DNA of 20,968 nucleotides, from positions 1-20,968 of the forward strand of contig JARRRI010000039.1 of NCBI GenBank assembly GCA_037380845.1. The letters run 5' to 3'. This DNA is from Candidatus Sulfobium sp. (GTDB taxonomy: Bacteria > Nitrospirota > Thermodesulfovibrionia > Thermodesulfovibrionales > UBA6898). Positions 1 to 9,228 of this stretch are shown in pieces. The position numbers and the translations under genes are program-made. Each line of letters opens with the position of its first letter. Positions within the stretch are counted from its first letter, which is position 1. A model generated the notes under the pieces. It ran no database searches. It worked only from the letters and a program-made list of their open reading frames with translations, and was not told where the DNA came from.

Positions 1-22
1 AATGAGAGTGAACGGAGAGGGA

Positions 23-2260
23 ATGCGCAGGATAGCTTTGTCCTTGTTGTTTGCAATATTCATAAGCACTTTTGCTTACGCGCAGGGTCAGCCGGTTATC
101 ACCAAAATCGAGGTTAAGGGGCTTAAACGCATAGAGGAAGGAGCCGTAAAGTCGAAGGTTTCGGAGAAAGTAGGCGAGCCTCTCTCCGAAGAAAAGATCA
201 GCAATGACATAAAGACCATCTTCAGAATGGGATACTTTGATGATGTCAAAGTCGAGGCAGAACCTTTTGAAGGCGGGGTAAAACTCATTTACATCCTCAG
301 GGAGAAGCCCACGATAATAAAGGTGGATTTCCAGGGCAACAAAGAATATGACGACTCCAAACTGAAAGAAAAAATCACCATAACACCGGGCTCCATCGCC
401 GACACCGTACTCATCCAGGACAATGCAGTCAGGCTGAGCAAGTTCTATGAAGAGGAAGGCTACTGGCTTGCCAACGTTGTGCCGGTAATAAAAAAGGTCT
501 CGGAGAACGACGTAACCCTCACCTACCAGATCGATGAAGGACCGAAGATAAAGATCCGCAAAATAACAATACAGGGCAACAAGCATATCTCCTCGTCGAA
601 GATCAAGGGCGTAATGAAGACTTCTACGTGGTGGCTTTTTTCGTTTATCACCTCTTCCGGATACTACAAGAAAGATGTAATGGAAAAAGACGTCGAGAGG
701 ATCAAGAACCTTTACTTCGACAACGGCTACATCAAGGCAGTGGTCGGCGAACCCGGGATCAAGGTCAACAGGAAAGAAAAGGGCATGACAATCAGAATCA
801 GGGTTTCCGAAGGCGACCAGTACAGGGTCTCGTCGGTGGACGTAAGCGGCAATAAGGCTTACAGCGACAAGACGATAAGATCGAAAATAACCATTCAGCC
901 GGGCAGCGTTTTTGACAAGAGCGTCCTCGAAAAGAACATACAGGCAATCACTAACCTTTACATGGATAACGGCTATGCCCTCGTCTCGGTCACGCCCGAC
1001 CTTGTTCCGGATGAAAAAAACAAGACCGTCCGCGTGACTCTTACCGTCAACGAAGGCGACCGGTACCGGATCGGGAGAATTGAAGTGTCCGGAAACACCA
1101 AGACCAGGGACAAGGTCATCAGGAGGGAGATGAGGCTGGACGAAGGCGCCATCTTTGACAGCTCAAAGATCAAGAGGAGCTACCAGCGGATAAGTAACCT
1201 CAATTACTTCGACACGGTCGACATCGTCCCGAAGCCCGAATACAGGAAGAAGGTCGTTGACCTTGACATCAAGGTCAAGGAAAGGCCGACCGGCTTCCTG
1301 AGCATAGGGGGCGGATACAGTTCCGTAGACCAGTTTATCGCAACTGCCGATCTCACCCAGGGCAACCTCTTTGGCAGAGGCCAGTATCTGAAGCTGAAGG
1401 GCGAACTCGGCGGGAGAAGTTCACTGTATGAGATAACCTTCAGAGACCCGTGGTTTCTGGATAAACCCATATCCCTTTCAACGGGCATTTACAAGACCAG
1501 CCGCGAATACATAGAATATGACAAACGGGCCTTCGGCGCATACGTGAGTTTTGGAAAGAACTTTTCCGAATACTGGAACGGTACCATAGGATATAATTTC
1601 GAGCGGGCAACAATATACAATATCTCGGAGGGGGCTTCTGCGATAGTACTGGACCAGCAGGGGACAAATACTACCAGCAGCATAACCCCGTCCATTGTAA
1701 GGGACAGCCGGGATAATTACCTGGACCCCTCCAGAGGTTCGAGAAACGCATTGACCCTGACCTTTGCGGGTCTGGGCGGCAGCAATAAATTCGTGAAGGG
1801 CCTGCTTGATTCCGGGTGGTACTTCCCCTGGGGATCAACCACCTTTATGGTGCGCGGTCGTTTCGGATACGCTCACGGCATCTTCGACAAGAAGCTGCCG
1901 TTATATGAAAGGTTCTATGTGGGAGGTATTTACACGGTAAGAGGGCTGGGTTTCGGCGACGCCGGGCCGAAAGACCCGGCTACCGGAGATGCGATAGGGG
2001 GGACGGAAGAACTCATTTTCAATACGGAATACATTTTCCCGATACTGTCAGAGATGAAATTTAAAGGGGTCGTTTTCTTCGATGCCGGGAATGCGTACGA
2101 GAACTTTGAGCACTTCGGCACCTTGAGGTACACGACAGGGGCCGGCATACGATGGATATCTCCCATGGGTCCTATCAGGGTCGAGTGGGGATACAACCTT
2201 GACAAGAAGCCGGGTGAAAGCTCAAGCAAGATTGAATTTGCATTTGGAAGTTTTTTCTAA
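23..2260 (+). CDS. bamA: Outer membrane protein assembly factor BamA
   Basis: Signal peptide, five POTRA-like repeats (I-x-V/F-x-GN...L/F...GY), RFYVGG..TVRG motif, C-terminal FAFGSFF. ATG 23 follows GGAGAGG (14-20). Confidence 0.97.
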   Translation: MRRIALSLLFAIFISTFAYAQGQPVITKIEVKGLKRIEEGAVKSKVSEKVGEPLSEEKISNDIKTIFRMGYFDDVKVEAEPFEGGVKLIYILREKPTIIKVDFQGNKEYDDSKLKEKITITPGSIADTVLIQDNAVRLSKFYEEEGYWLANVVPVIKKVSENDVTLTYQIDEGPKIKIRKITIQGNKHISSSKIKGVMKTSTWWLFSFITSSGYYKKDVMEKDVERIKNLYFDNGYIKAVVGEPGIKVNRKEKGMTIRIRVSEGDQYRVSSVDVSGNKAYSDKTIRSKITIQPGSVFDKSVLEKNIQAITNLYMDNGYALVSVTPDLVPDEKNKTVRVTLTVNEGDRYRIGRIEVSGNTKTRDKVIRREMRLDEGAIFDSSKIKRSYQRISNLNYFDTVDIVPKPEYRKKVVDLDIKVKERPTGFLSIGGGYSSVDQFIATADLTQGNLFGRGQYLKLKGELGGRSSLYEITFRDPWFLDKPISLSTGIYKTSREYIEYDKRAFGAYVSFGKNFSEYWNGTIGYNFERATIYNISEGASAIVLDQQGTNTTSSITPSIVRDSRDNYLDPSRGSRNALTLTFAGLGGSNKFVKGLLDSGWYFPWGSTTFMVRGRFGYAHGIFDKKLPLYERFYVGGIYTVRGLGFGDAGPKDPATGDAIGGTEELIFNTEYIFPILSEMKFKGVVFFDAGNAYENFEHFGTLRYTTGAGIRWISPMGPIRVEWGYNLDKKPGESSSKIEFAFGSFF

Positions 2261-2282
2261 ACCATATATGAGGAGAAGAAAC

Positions 2283-2813
2283 ATGAAGAAGATTCTGTTG
2301 CTGGTAGTGATCTTTGGTCTGGTGGCGGGCAGGTGCGCTTATGCGGAAAACAATGTGAAGCTAGGCGTAGTAGACCTCATGAAGGCGCTGAACGAGTCCG
2401 ATGCGGGGAAAAAAGCCAAGGCTGAACTGGAATCCGTAATCAAGTCGAAACAGGCCGTCATAAACGAGAAAGGCAAGGCTATAGAAAAATTGAAAGCGGA
2501 ACTCGACAAGCAGTCCTCCGTCCTTTCGCCGGACGCTAAAAAATCGAAGGAGGACGATCTGGACCGGATGATGCGGGATTATCAGAGAATGGTTTCCGAC
2601 TCGCAGAGTGACGTAAAAAAGAGAGAATCGGAGCTGACGGGTGGAATCCTGAAGGGGCTGAGGGCCGTTATCCAGCAAATCGGCCGGAAGGGCGGCTATA
2701 CCATGATCATCGAAGATGCGGAAGGCATAGTCCTCTATTCAAGGAAGAGCCTTGACCTGACCGATGAAGTAATCAAGCAGTACAATGCATCGCACTCTGC
2801 GACGGGCAAATGA
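2283..2813 (+). CDS. skp: OmpH/Skp periplasmic chaperone
   Basis: Signal peptide, KLGVVDL...GYTMI...DLTDEVI pattern, canonical position after bamA. AGGAG upstream of ATG 2283. Confidence 0.95.
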   Translation: MKKILLLVVIFGLVAGRCAYAENNVKLGVVDLMKALNESDAGKKAKAELESVIKSKQAVINEKGKAIEKLKAELDKQSSVLSPDAKKSKEDDLDRMMRDYQRMVSDSQSDVKKRESELTGGILKGLRAVIQQIGRKGGYTMIIEDAEGIVLYSRKSLDLTDEVIKQYNASHSATGK

Positions 2814-2871
2814 ACCGTCGCAGAAACGGCGAAATGACCTGTAAGCTGAGCCCTCCCAAGAGTGGAGAAAA

Positions 2872-3072
2872 CGATAGGGATGTCCGGGAACATCAATCAC
2901 CCGCCCTTGCCCTCCGCCGTCACCGGGGAGGGACGTGAGGAGGCTGCATGGTCCCGGGAACCGGGAATCGGAGTTGAACTATCAGTAAAAGAGCGGCTCA
3001 CCGCAGAAGTTGCTCGCCTTCGTCCGGCGGCAAGGAGCTCTTTTTGGAAATTGCATTGGACATCCTGAATCG
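2872..3072. other. Multi-hairpin structured intergenic element (REP/MITE-like or cis-regulatory RNA)
   Basis: Closing stem GGGATGTCC (2877-2885)/GGACATCCT (3058-3066) extended by CGAT/ATCG. Internal stems CCCTCC/GGAGGG, TCCCGG-GAA-CCGGGA (2952-2966), AAAAGAGC (2987-2994)/GCTCTTTT (3037-3044). Confidence 0.55.
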
Positions 3073-4110
3073 ATGAAACTGAGAGAATTTTCAGAACTGG
3101 TGGACGGAGAGGTAATCGGTGATCCGGACATTGAGATCACGGGGGCCTCTGGCGTTCAGAACGCAGAAAATGGAGACATCACCTTTGTCACTTCAGCCAA
3201 ATTCGTGAAATATCTGCAGAATAGCCCGGCATCCTGCGTGATCGTGAAAGAGCCGCTGGAAGGACTGGCAATCACTCAACTGCAGGTTGAAAATCCCTAT
3301 TATGCATTCGCTAAGGCGCTGGAGCTCTTTTACCCCCCTGCGGCTCCCGAGCCGGGGATAAGTGAAAGGGCAGTCGTCTCCGCGAACGCGGCGATAGGGA
3401 AGGACGTGACAATCTTCCCCACGGCGTACATCGCTGATAACGCCTCCATAGGGGATGGAACGGTCATCCACCCGGGTGTCTTTATCGGGAGGAACACCGC
3501 GCTGGGAAGGAGCTGTGTCATCCATCCGAACGTTACGATCCGGGAAAATGTCAATATCGGCAACCGGGTTGTCGTACATTCCGGCACCGTGATAGGATCG
3601 GACGGATTCGGTTACGTCTTTGAAAGAGGCATCCACTACAAGATACCGCAGGTTGGCGGGGTCGTGGTCGGAAATGATGTCGAGATAGGCTCCAATGTGT
3701 CGATCGACCGTGCGACCACAGGTAATACTGTCATAGGGAATGGGACAAAGATCGACAACCTGGTGCAGATCGCGCACAACGTAAGCATCGGGGAAAACTC
3801 ACTCATCATAGCCCAGGTGGGAATAAGCGGCAGTTGCGAGATAGGGGACTTCACAACACTGGCGGGCCAGGCAGGAATCGCCGATCACAGTTCACTGGAA
3901 GCCGGGACGATCATCGGCGCCCAGGCGGGGCTCACGGGGCATTACAGGAAAGGGATATACTCGGGAACGCCCGCCATTCCCCACCGGAACTGGCTCAAGT
4001 CCCAGGCCCTGTTTGCCAAGCTGCCTGAAATGAACAGAAGGATAAAGGAACTCGAAAGCAAAATTGATAAACTTGAAAAGGGGGATCCGAAGCATGTTGA
4101 CGATAAATGA
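3073..4110 (+). CDS. lpxD: UDP-3-O-acylglucosamine N-acyltransferase LpxD
   Basis: Hexapeptide repeats; [26 protein letters not shown] motifs. Start at MKLREF (ATG 3073). Confidence 0.97.
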   Translation: MKLREFSELVDGEVIGDPDIEITGASGVQNAENGDITFVTSAKFVKYLQNSPASCVIVKEPLEGLAITQLQVENPYYAFAKALELFYPPAAPEPGISERAVVSANAAIGKDVTIFPTAYIADNASIGDGTVIHPGVFIGRNTALGRSCVIHPNVTIRENVNIGNRVVVHSGTVIGSDGFGYVFERGIHYKIPQVGGVVVGNDVEIGSNVSIDRATTGNTVIGNGTKIDNLVQIAHNVSIGENSLIIAQVGISGSCEIGDFTTLAGQAGIADHSSLEAGTIIGAQAGLTGHYRKGIYSGTPAIPHRNWLKSQALFAKLPEMNRRIKELESKIDKLEKGDPKHVDDK

Positions 4111-4525
4111 GATCATGAAGAATCTGCCGCATCGGTACCCGTTCCTCCTGGTCGACAGAATTGTTGAACTGGAGCCGAACGTGCGCGCAACGGGGGTAAA
4201 GAACGTAACCATCAACGAGCCCTTTTTTCAGGGGCATTTTCCGGACCAGCCCATCATGCCCGGGGTGCTCATAATAGAGGCCATGGCACAGGTCGCCGGG
4301 GTACTGGCCTTTAGTTCCGGGGTAGAAGGCAACTCTGTCTATTTCATGAGCATCGACAACGCCAAGTTCAGGCGTCCCATTGTCCCGGGTGACCAGGTAA
4401 TGATGGAAATCAAGGTGCTGAAGCAGAGGGGTAATGTCTGGAAATTTTCCGGCATTGCGACCGTTGATGAGAAACCGGTATCGGAAGCGGAATTCACAGC
4501 CATGGTCACAGACAGGGAGATTTGA
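4094..4525 (+). CDS. fabZ: 3-hydroxyacyl-ACP dehydratase FabZ
   Basis: [34 protein letters not shown]; overlaps the lpxD end. Confidence 0.98.
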   Translation: MLTINEIMKNLPHRYPFLLVDRIVELEPNVRATGVKNVTINEPFFQGHFPDQPIMPGVLIIEAMAQVAGVLAFSSGVEGNSVYFMSIDNAKFRRPIVPGDQVMMEIKVLKQRGNVWKFSGIATVDEKPVSEAEFTAMVTDREI

Positions 4526-4529
4526 CGTA

Positions 4530-5309
4530 ATGAAGACCAAGATTCACGATACCGCGATAGTCGATCCCTCGGCGGAGCTGGACGACGATGTCGAAATAGG
4601 CCCCTTCTGTATAATTCACAGGGGCGTTAAAATAGAGAAAGGTTCGCGACTTATATCCCATGTGGTCGTAGAGGGAGATACTCAGATAGGGGAAGGCTGC
4701 ATGATACACTCTTTTTCAAGCATAGGGTTTCCCCCGCAGGATTTGAAATACAAGGGCGAGCGTACCCGCCTTGCCATAGGCAGGGGCAATATTATCAGGG
4801 AGTACAGCACCATCCACAGGGCGTCCGTCGGCGGCGACGGCACAACGTCCATAGGCGACAATAATTTCTTCATGGCCTACGTACATATCGCCCATGACTG
4901 CAAGATAGGCAGCAATGTAATAATGGCCAATGCCGCCACCCTGGCCGGCCACGTACTTGTTGAGGATCATGCAGTGATCGGCGGCCTGGTGGCTGTACAT
5001 CAGTTTACAAGGATCGGCAGGTACGCCATGGTAGGCGGCTTCAGTGGCATAGGACAGGATATCCCCCCTTACATGGTAGCGTCCGGGGCCAGGGCGAAGC
5101 TCTTCGGACCGAACACGATCGGGCTGAAAAGACACGGTTTCTCCGACACGACTGTAAACGGCATAAAGAAGGCTTACAAGATCCTTTTCCGGGAAAAGCG
5201 AACCCTGAAGGAGGCCCTGAAAAAAATTGAGGATGATGTTCCGGTTACCGACGAAGTCCGGCACCTCGTCGAATTCATCCAGAAAAACAAGCGTGGAATC
5301 TGCCGTTGA
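4530..5309 (+). CDS. lpxA: UDP-N-acetylglucosamine O-acyltransferase LpxA
   Basis: IHDTAIVD start, PQDLKYKGE, HIAHDC, LAGHV, VHQF motifs. Confidence 0.98.
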   Translation: MKTKIHDTAIVDPSAELDDDVEIGPFCIIHRGVKIEKGSRLISHVVVEGDTQIGEGCMIHSFSSIGFPPQDLKYKGERTRLAIGRGNIIREYSTIHRASVGGDGTTSIGDNNFFMAYVHIAHDCKIGSNVIMANAATLAGHVLVEDHAVIGGLVAVHQFTRIGRYAMVGGFSGIGQDIPPYMVASGARAKLFGPNTIGLKRHGFSDTTVNGIKKAYKILFREKRTLKEALKKIEDDVPVTDEVRHLVEFIQKNKRGICR

Positions 5310-6127
5310 GGACCATAAAGAAGCTGGGCCTTATCGCCGGAAGCGGTGAGTTGCCGCTTGCAATTGCCGCGGAGGCCCGGGCAATGGGATATACCGTGAT
5401 AGCCGTGGGGCTTGACCCTCTGGCAGAAAGGTCGCTTGCCGCAGCCGCAAATGAAGTCAAATGGGTCAATGTGGGGAAACTCGGGACGATCATAGATACA
5501 CTCACAAAGGCCGGCATTAAAGAGGCGGTGATGGCCGGCAAGGTCCCGAAGTCCTTGCTTTATAAGAGCAGGATTACACCCGACCTCAGGGCCGCCAGGG
5601 TCCTCTTCTCCCTCAAAGACAGAAGCGATGACTCGATCATGCTGGCCATCACACGCGAGCTGGAAAAAGACGGCGTCAGACTTTTAAACACCACCGATTT
5701 CAGTTCACGACTGTTGACGCCGGAAGGCGTCCTCACGCAACGGTCCCCCTCGAAGAAAGAGTGGCATGACATCGGTTTCGGTTGGGAGATAGCAAAACAG
5801 ATCGGAAGGCTCGACATCGGACAGGCCGTAGTGGTGAAAGACAGGGCAGTGATGGCGGTGGAGGCGATAGAAGGGACGGACGAGGCAATAAAGAGGGGGG
5901 GCAGGCTGTCGGGGGAAGGCGCCGTCGTGGTTAAAGTGAGCAAGCCGCAGCAGGACATGCGTTTCGATGTTCCGGTGACCGGCATGGACACCCTGAGCGC
6001 CATGATTTCAGTCCATGCCCGCGTACTTGCCGTTGAAGCGGGGAACAGCATCCTCCTCGACAGGCGAAAAATGATTGCGGAGGCCGACAGTGCCGCGATA
6101 TCAGTCGTAGGATACCGGCCAAAGTGA
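5306..6127 (+). CDS. lpxI: UDP-2,3-diacylglucosamine diphosphatase LpxI
   Basis: GLIAGSGELP, LDIGQAVVV, AVEAIEGTDE, KPQQDMRFDVP; TTG start overlaps lpxA stop. Confidence 0.95.
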   Translation: MRTIKKLGLIAGSGELPLAIAAEARAMGYTVIAVGLDPLAERSLAAAANEVKWVNVGKLGTIIDTLTKAGIKEAVMAGKVPKSLLYKSRITPDLRAARVLFSLKDRSDDSIMLAITRELEKDGVRLLNTTDFSSRLLTPEGVLTQRSPSKKEWHDIGFGWEIAKQIGRLDIGQAVVVKDRAVMAVEAIEGTDEAIKRGGRLSGEGAVVVKVSKPQQDMRFDVPVTGMDTLSAMISVHARVLAVEAGNSILLDRRKMIAEADSAAISVVGYRPK

Positions 6128-6256
6128 CGCTTTTCTTCGAGTATGCGCTTTAATCTTTCTCTGTTTCCTGCGCATCCGAAGCGGCGCTATGTGTCCGCCC
6201 GCCCCTGATTCGGGGAAGGCTCCGTAATTCCTTATCACTCCATAAAATCCTCTGTC

Positions 6257-6338
6257 TTGACAAAAAAGGCCGATTCTGTTTATATACCTCTTATCGAGGT
6301 TTATATTATAAACTCTAAGTTTAGATTATTTTATAATC
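6257..6338 (+). promoter_or_regulatory. Sigma70-type promoter with AT-rich palindromic operator candidates upstream of the cytochrome operon
   Basis: TTGACA 6257-6262 with TATATA-like -10 near 6281. Palindromes GTTTATA-T-TATAAAC (6299-6313), TCTAA-GT-TTAGA (6314-6325), GATTAT-TTT-ATAATC (6324-6338). Confidence 0.55.
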
Positions 6339-6429
6339 GCGGGGGGAATCCGCACGAGTCTCATGCTATAGAAGAACAGTCCTGTGCTATTCGTGAGTAA
6401 TAGCAAAATAATAATTTTTTGAGGTGCCC

Positions 6430-7359
6430 ATGACATACAAAAAGGTCGTATTTTTTATTGCACCTTTGCTGTTCCTCCTGTCATGCCTCACGCAACCAGC
6501 CTTTTCACAGGAACCAGCAAGATGTCTCGCATGTCACAGTGCCATGAAGGGGAGATTGGAGAGTGCCGCCGGGCCTCTCGTCGATCTGAACGTCAACCCG
6601 GACAAGTTCAAGTCCTCGGTTCATGGAAGTCTCTCCTGCACGACCTGCCACATGAAATTCACGGATAATCCCCATGTATCACCGGGAGGACCGGTTCCCG
6701 GCGATGTCCAGAAAATCGCCTCGGAGATATCGGCAAAATACCCTGTGGATCCGGTTGCCGCGGCCGCGTGCAGCCAGTGCCATCCGGAGGTGTACCAGAA
6801 GGTTCTGAGCAGCATTCACGGACAGAATATCGTGGTAAAACATAAAACTGACGGGGCCTTATGCCTCGACTGCCATGGCTCTCCGCATTACATAGTACCG
6901 GTGAAAGATCCTGCGTCTCCGGTAAGCCGCAGGAACATGATTGAAACGTGCGGCAACTGTCACGGCAATGAAACTATGATGGAAAAATACGGTATCGATG
7001 AAGACGTTATGGGGAGTTTCGAGGAAAGCTTCCACGGGAGAAAACTTGCCCTGGGCGATACGAGAGCCCCGGTGTGTTCAAGCTGCCACGGAGCCCACGA
7101 CATAGAATCTGTCTCAAACCCCTCGTCGCCCGTCTTCGGGAAGAATAAACTGAAGACCTGCGGCCGGTGTCACAAAGGGGCCAACGAGAAGTTCATTCCG
7201 GCCTTCACGCACAAGTTGCCGGGGCCGATTCCCCACTATGCGGAAAAAGCGCTTATTGTGCTGCTGCTCAGTGTATTCACATTTATCGTCGCCCACGTTC
7301 TGCTTGAGGCTTTTTCCGATATCAGAGACGCCATCTTCAGAAGAGGGAGGGAGAAATAA
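6430..7359 (+). CDS. Membrane-anchored heptaheme cytochrome c (CbcA-like)
   Basis: Signal peptide; 7 CxxCH (CLACH, CTTCH, CSQCH, CLDCH, CGNCH, CSSCH, CGRCH); C-terminal TM helix. Start may be GTG 6424. Confidence 0.88.
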   Translation: MTYKKVVFFIAPLLFLLSCLTQPAFSQEPARCLACHSAMKGRLESAAGPLVDLNVNPDKFKSSVHGSLSCTTCHMKFTDNPHVSPGGPVPGDVQKIASEISAKYPVDPVAAAACSQCHPEVYQKVLSSIHGQNIVVKHKTDGALCLDCHGSPHYIVPVKDPASPVSRRNMIETCGNCHGNETMMEKYGIDEDVMGSFEESFHGRKLALGDTRAPVCSSCHGAHDIESVSNPSSPVFGKNKLKTCGRCHKGANEKFIPAFTHKLPGPIPHYAEKALIVLLLSVFTFIVAHVLLEAFSDIRDAIFRRGREK

Positions 7360-8114
7360 TGAACCAGACCGACGCCGCAGCCATAAAGGAAATACCCAAA
7401 GAAGTCGAAAGATTCAACATAATCTTCAGGATACAGCACGTTATAATGTTTACAACCTTCCTGGTACTGAGCTTCACCGGTTGGGGGCTCAAATATGCCT
7501 ATGCCCCTGCCGGGGTGTCCAGCAAACTGATCCAGTTCTGGGGAGGACCGGAAAGCGCAGGGCTCATCCACAGGATCGCCGGTATCACTATGCTGCTCGA
7601 TTTCGTCTGGCATGTGCTCTACCTCGGCTACCTCTTCGCTACCGGCCGTATGACTATCAAGACGAAGACCACCGTCATCCCCCTGCCGAAAGACGTCATG
7701 GACGTCGTAAAGAACTTCCTTTACTTTTTCGGCCTCTCCAAGGAAAAGCCAAAATTCGGGAAATATAGTTACGCCCAGAAGTTCGATTATTGGGCTGTCT
7801 TCTGGGGCATGTTCATAATCGGCTTTTCGGGGTTCTCGCTCGCCTTCCCCATGGTCGTGTCCTACATTATTCCCCAGTCGATATCCCATTGGGTCTGGCA
7901 GGTGCTCTCTATCATGCATAGCGATGAAGCACTGCTTGCGATTGTCTTCATACTCTTCTGGCATTTCTATAACGAACATCTCAAGCCCGAAGTCTTTCCA
8001 ATGAGCTGGCTATGGATAACCGGCAGGATGTCGACGGACAAGTTAAAGCACCACCATCCGCTCGAATATGAAGTGCTCTTTCCCGAGGCGGCAAAAAAGG
8101 ACGAGAGAGATTAA
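7359..8114 (+). CDS. Di-heme cytochrome b membrane subunit (FdnI/HydC family, CbcB-like)
   Basis: About 4 TM helices; RIQH, LIHR, KYSYAQKFDYWAVFWG, MHSDEALLA...WHFY; TAATG coupling to the upstream gene. Confidence 0.9.
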   Translation: MNQTDAAAIKEIPKEVERFNIIFRIQHVIMFTTFLVLSFTGWGLKYAYAPAGVSSKLIQFWGGPESAGLIHRIAGITMLLDFVWHVLYLGYLFATGRMTIKTKTTVIPLPKDVMDVVKNFLYFFGLSKEKPKFGKYSYAQKFDYWAVFWGMFIIGFSGFSLAFPMVVSYIIPQSISHWVWQVLSIMHSDEALLAIVFILFWHFYNEHLKPEVFPMSWLWITGRMSTDKLKHHHPLEYEVLFPEAAKKDERD

Positions 8115-8124
8115 GGGAGGGGCT

Positions 8125-8883
8125 ATGCCGAGGATACTTTCGATTCTGGTCATGGTCCTTATGCTCACTTCATGCAAGGGAGGCGTGCAGACCGGGGAAA
8201 AAAGCGGCCCGCCGGAGAAGCCCCGGGCAATAACATCACTGAAGGACTCGGGACTTCCCTGTTTTTCCTGCCACTCTTACGAAAAGTTTTCGGCAAATGA
8301 ACCGGGGAAGTTTTCACATGTTAAACACATCGCCTTCGGAGTCCACTGCAACCAGTGCCACATTATGATGGCCCACGAGAAAATGGTACTGAACAAGGAC
8401 ATCTGCAGCAACTGTCATGATCTCAAGAGCTTCGTCTTCCCGGATTCCGGCATGCCCGTGACTTTTTCCCATCAGAAACACGCCGGAAATTTCTCCTGCA
8501 GTCAATGCCACCCTGCTCCGTTCCGGATGAAACGCGGTGTGACCCCTATCACCATGAAAGGCATGTTCAGCGGTGAAACCTGCGGCAAATGCCACAACGG
8601 CAAGATCGCTTTCCCTGCAAAAGATTGCGCCAGGTGTCACAACATGTCTGCTTTGAAAAAGGAATTCAGCTATCCTTCCGCCGGCATGAGCCCCGCGGTA
8701 TTCAGCCACGGCGTACATACAGCCATGTTCGAATGCGGTTCCTGTCATACGGGGCTGTTCAAATACAAAAAAGGCGGTTCAGGAATCAGGATGGACGAAA
8801 TTTATAAGGGTAAGTTCTGCGGCAAGTGCCACGACGGGCAGACCGCTTTTGCCTCCACCGACTGCCAGAAATGCCACAAATAG
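8125..8883 (+). CDS. Nonaheme lipoprotein cytochrome c with three c7-type triheme domains
   Basis: Lipobox LTSC; 9 CxxCH in three FSHxxH-CxxCH-CxxCH-CxxCH units; AAGGGAGG before ATG 8125. Confidence 0.9.
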   Translation: MPRILSILVMVLMLTSCKGGVQTGEKSGPPEKPRAITSLKDSGLPCFSCHSYEKFSANEPGKFSHVKHIAFGVHCNQCHIMMAHEKMVLNKDICSNCHDLKSFVFPDSGMPVTFSHQKHAGNFSCSQCHPAPFRMKRGVTPITMKGMFSGETCGKCHNGKIAFPAKDCARCHNMSALKKEFSYPSAGMSPAVFSHGVHTAMFECGSCHTGLFKYKKGGSGIRMDEIYKGKFCGKCHDGQTAFASTDCQKCHK

Positions 8884-8900
8884 AGCCGGTGGTTCAGGGA

Positions 8901-8936
8901 GAGGGGGGACTTCCGAACAGGATGTCGCCCCTTTAT
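8901..8936 (+). terminator. Possible terminator hairpin after the cytochrome operon
   Basis: Imperfect stem AGGGG-GAC-TCC/GGA-GTC-CCCCT with loop GAACA and only a short T tract. Confidence 0.3.
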
Positions 8937-8962
8937 CGTACCGCGCCCAACCCCTCTTTGAG

Positions 8963-9046
8963 TCGTCATTCCCGCGGTCATCAGGCGGGAATCCACTTCC
9001 ATGCCTGCCGGGCAGGCAGGCCCGATTACAACCTGGGGCATGACGA
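8963..9046. repeat. REP-like palindromic element (GTCAT...ATGAC type) with nested palindrome
   Basis: Termini TCGTCAT/ATGACGA; ATTCCCGC...GCGGGAAT hairpin; TGCCTGCC-G-GGCAGGCA (9002-9018). Confidence 0.65.
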
Positions 9047-9143
9047 AAAAAAGAAGTTATTTCACGCGCATTCGCGAGCCCGTGCTCACGTTGATTCCTG
9101 AGGCAGCGGGCCGGGACTGGTTATGATGACAAATAAATTGGAC

Positions 9144-9212
9144 TTCCGCTGGAATAGTGACGAGGCGGACGAGCCTCACCGTGCGATACGATGAGGCTCA
9201 ATGTCAGCGGAA
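9144..9212. other. Nested inverted repeat downstream of the TPR gene (possible terminator)
   Basis: GAGCCTCA (9171-9178)/TGAGGCTC (9192-9199) inside TTCCGCTG (9144-9151)/CAGCGGAA (9205-9212). Confidence 0.45.
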
Positions 9213-9228
9213 ATGATAAAAGCAGAAA

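Noticed and set aside
2862..3072. 68-aa ORF between skp and lpxD and the TTG-start extension of lpxD
   Set aside because: Both coincide with the palindromic element; LpxD homology begins at MKLREF.
6390..6408. Possible Rex box TCGTGA...CAAAA
   Set aside because: Right half-site matches TTCACAA poorly; better explained by the TGCTATT/AATAGCA inverted repeat.
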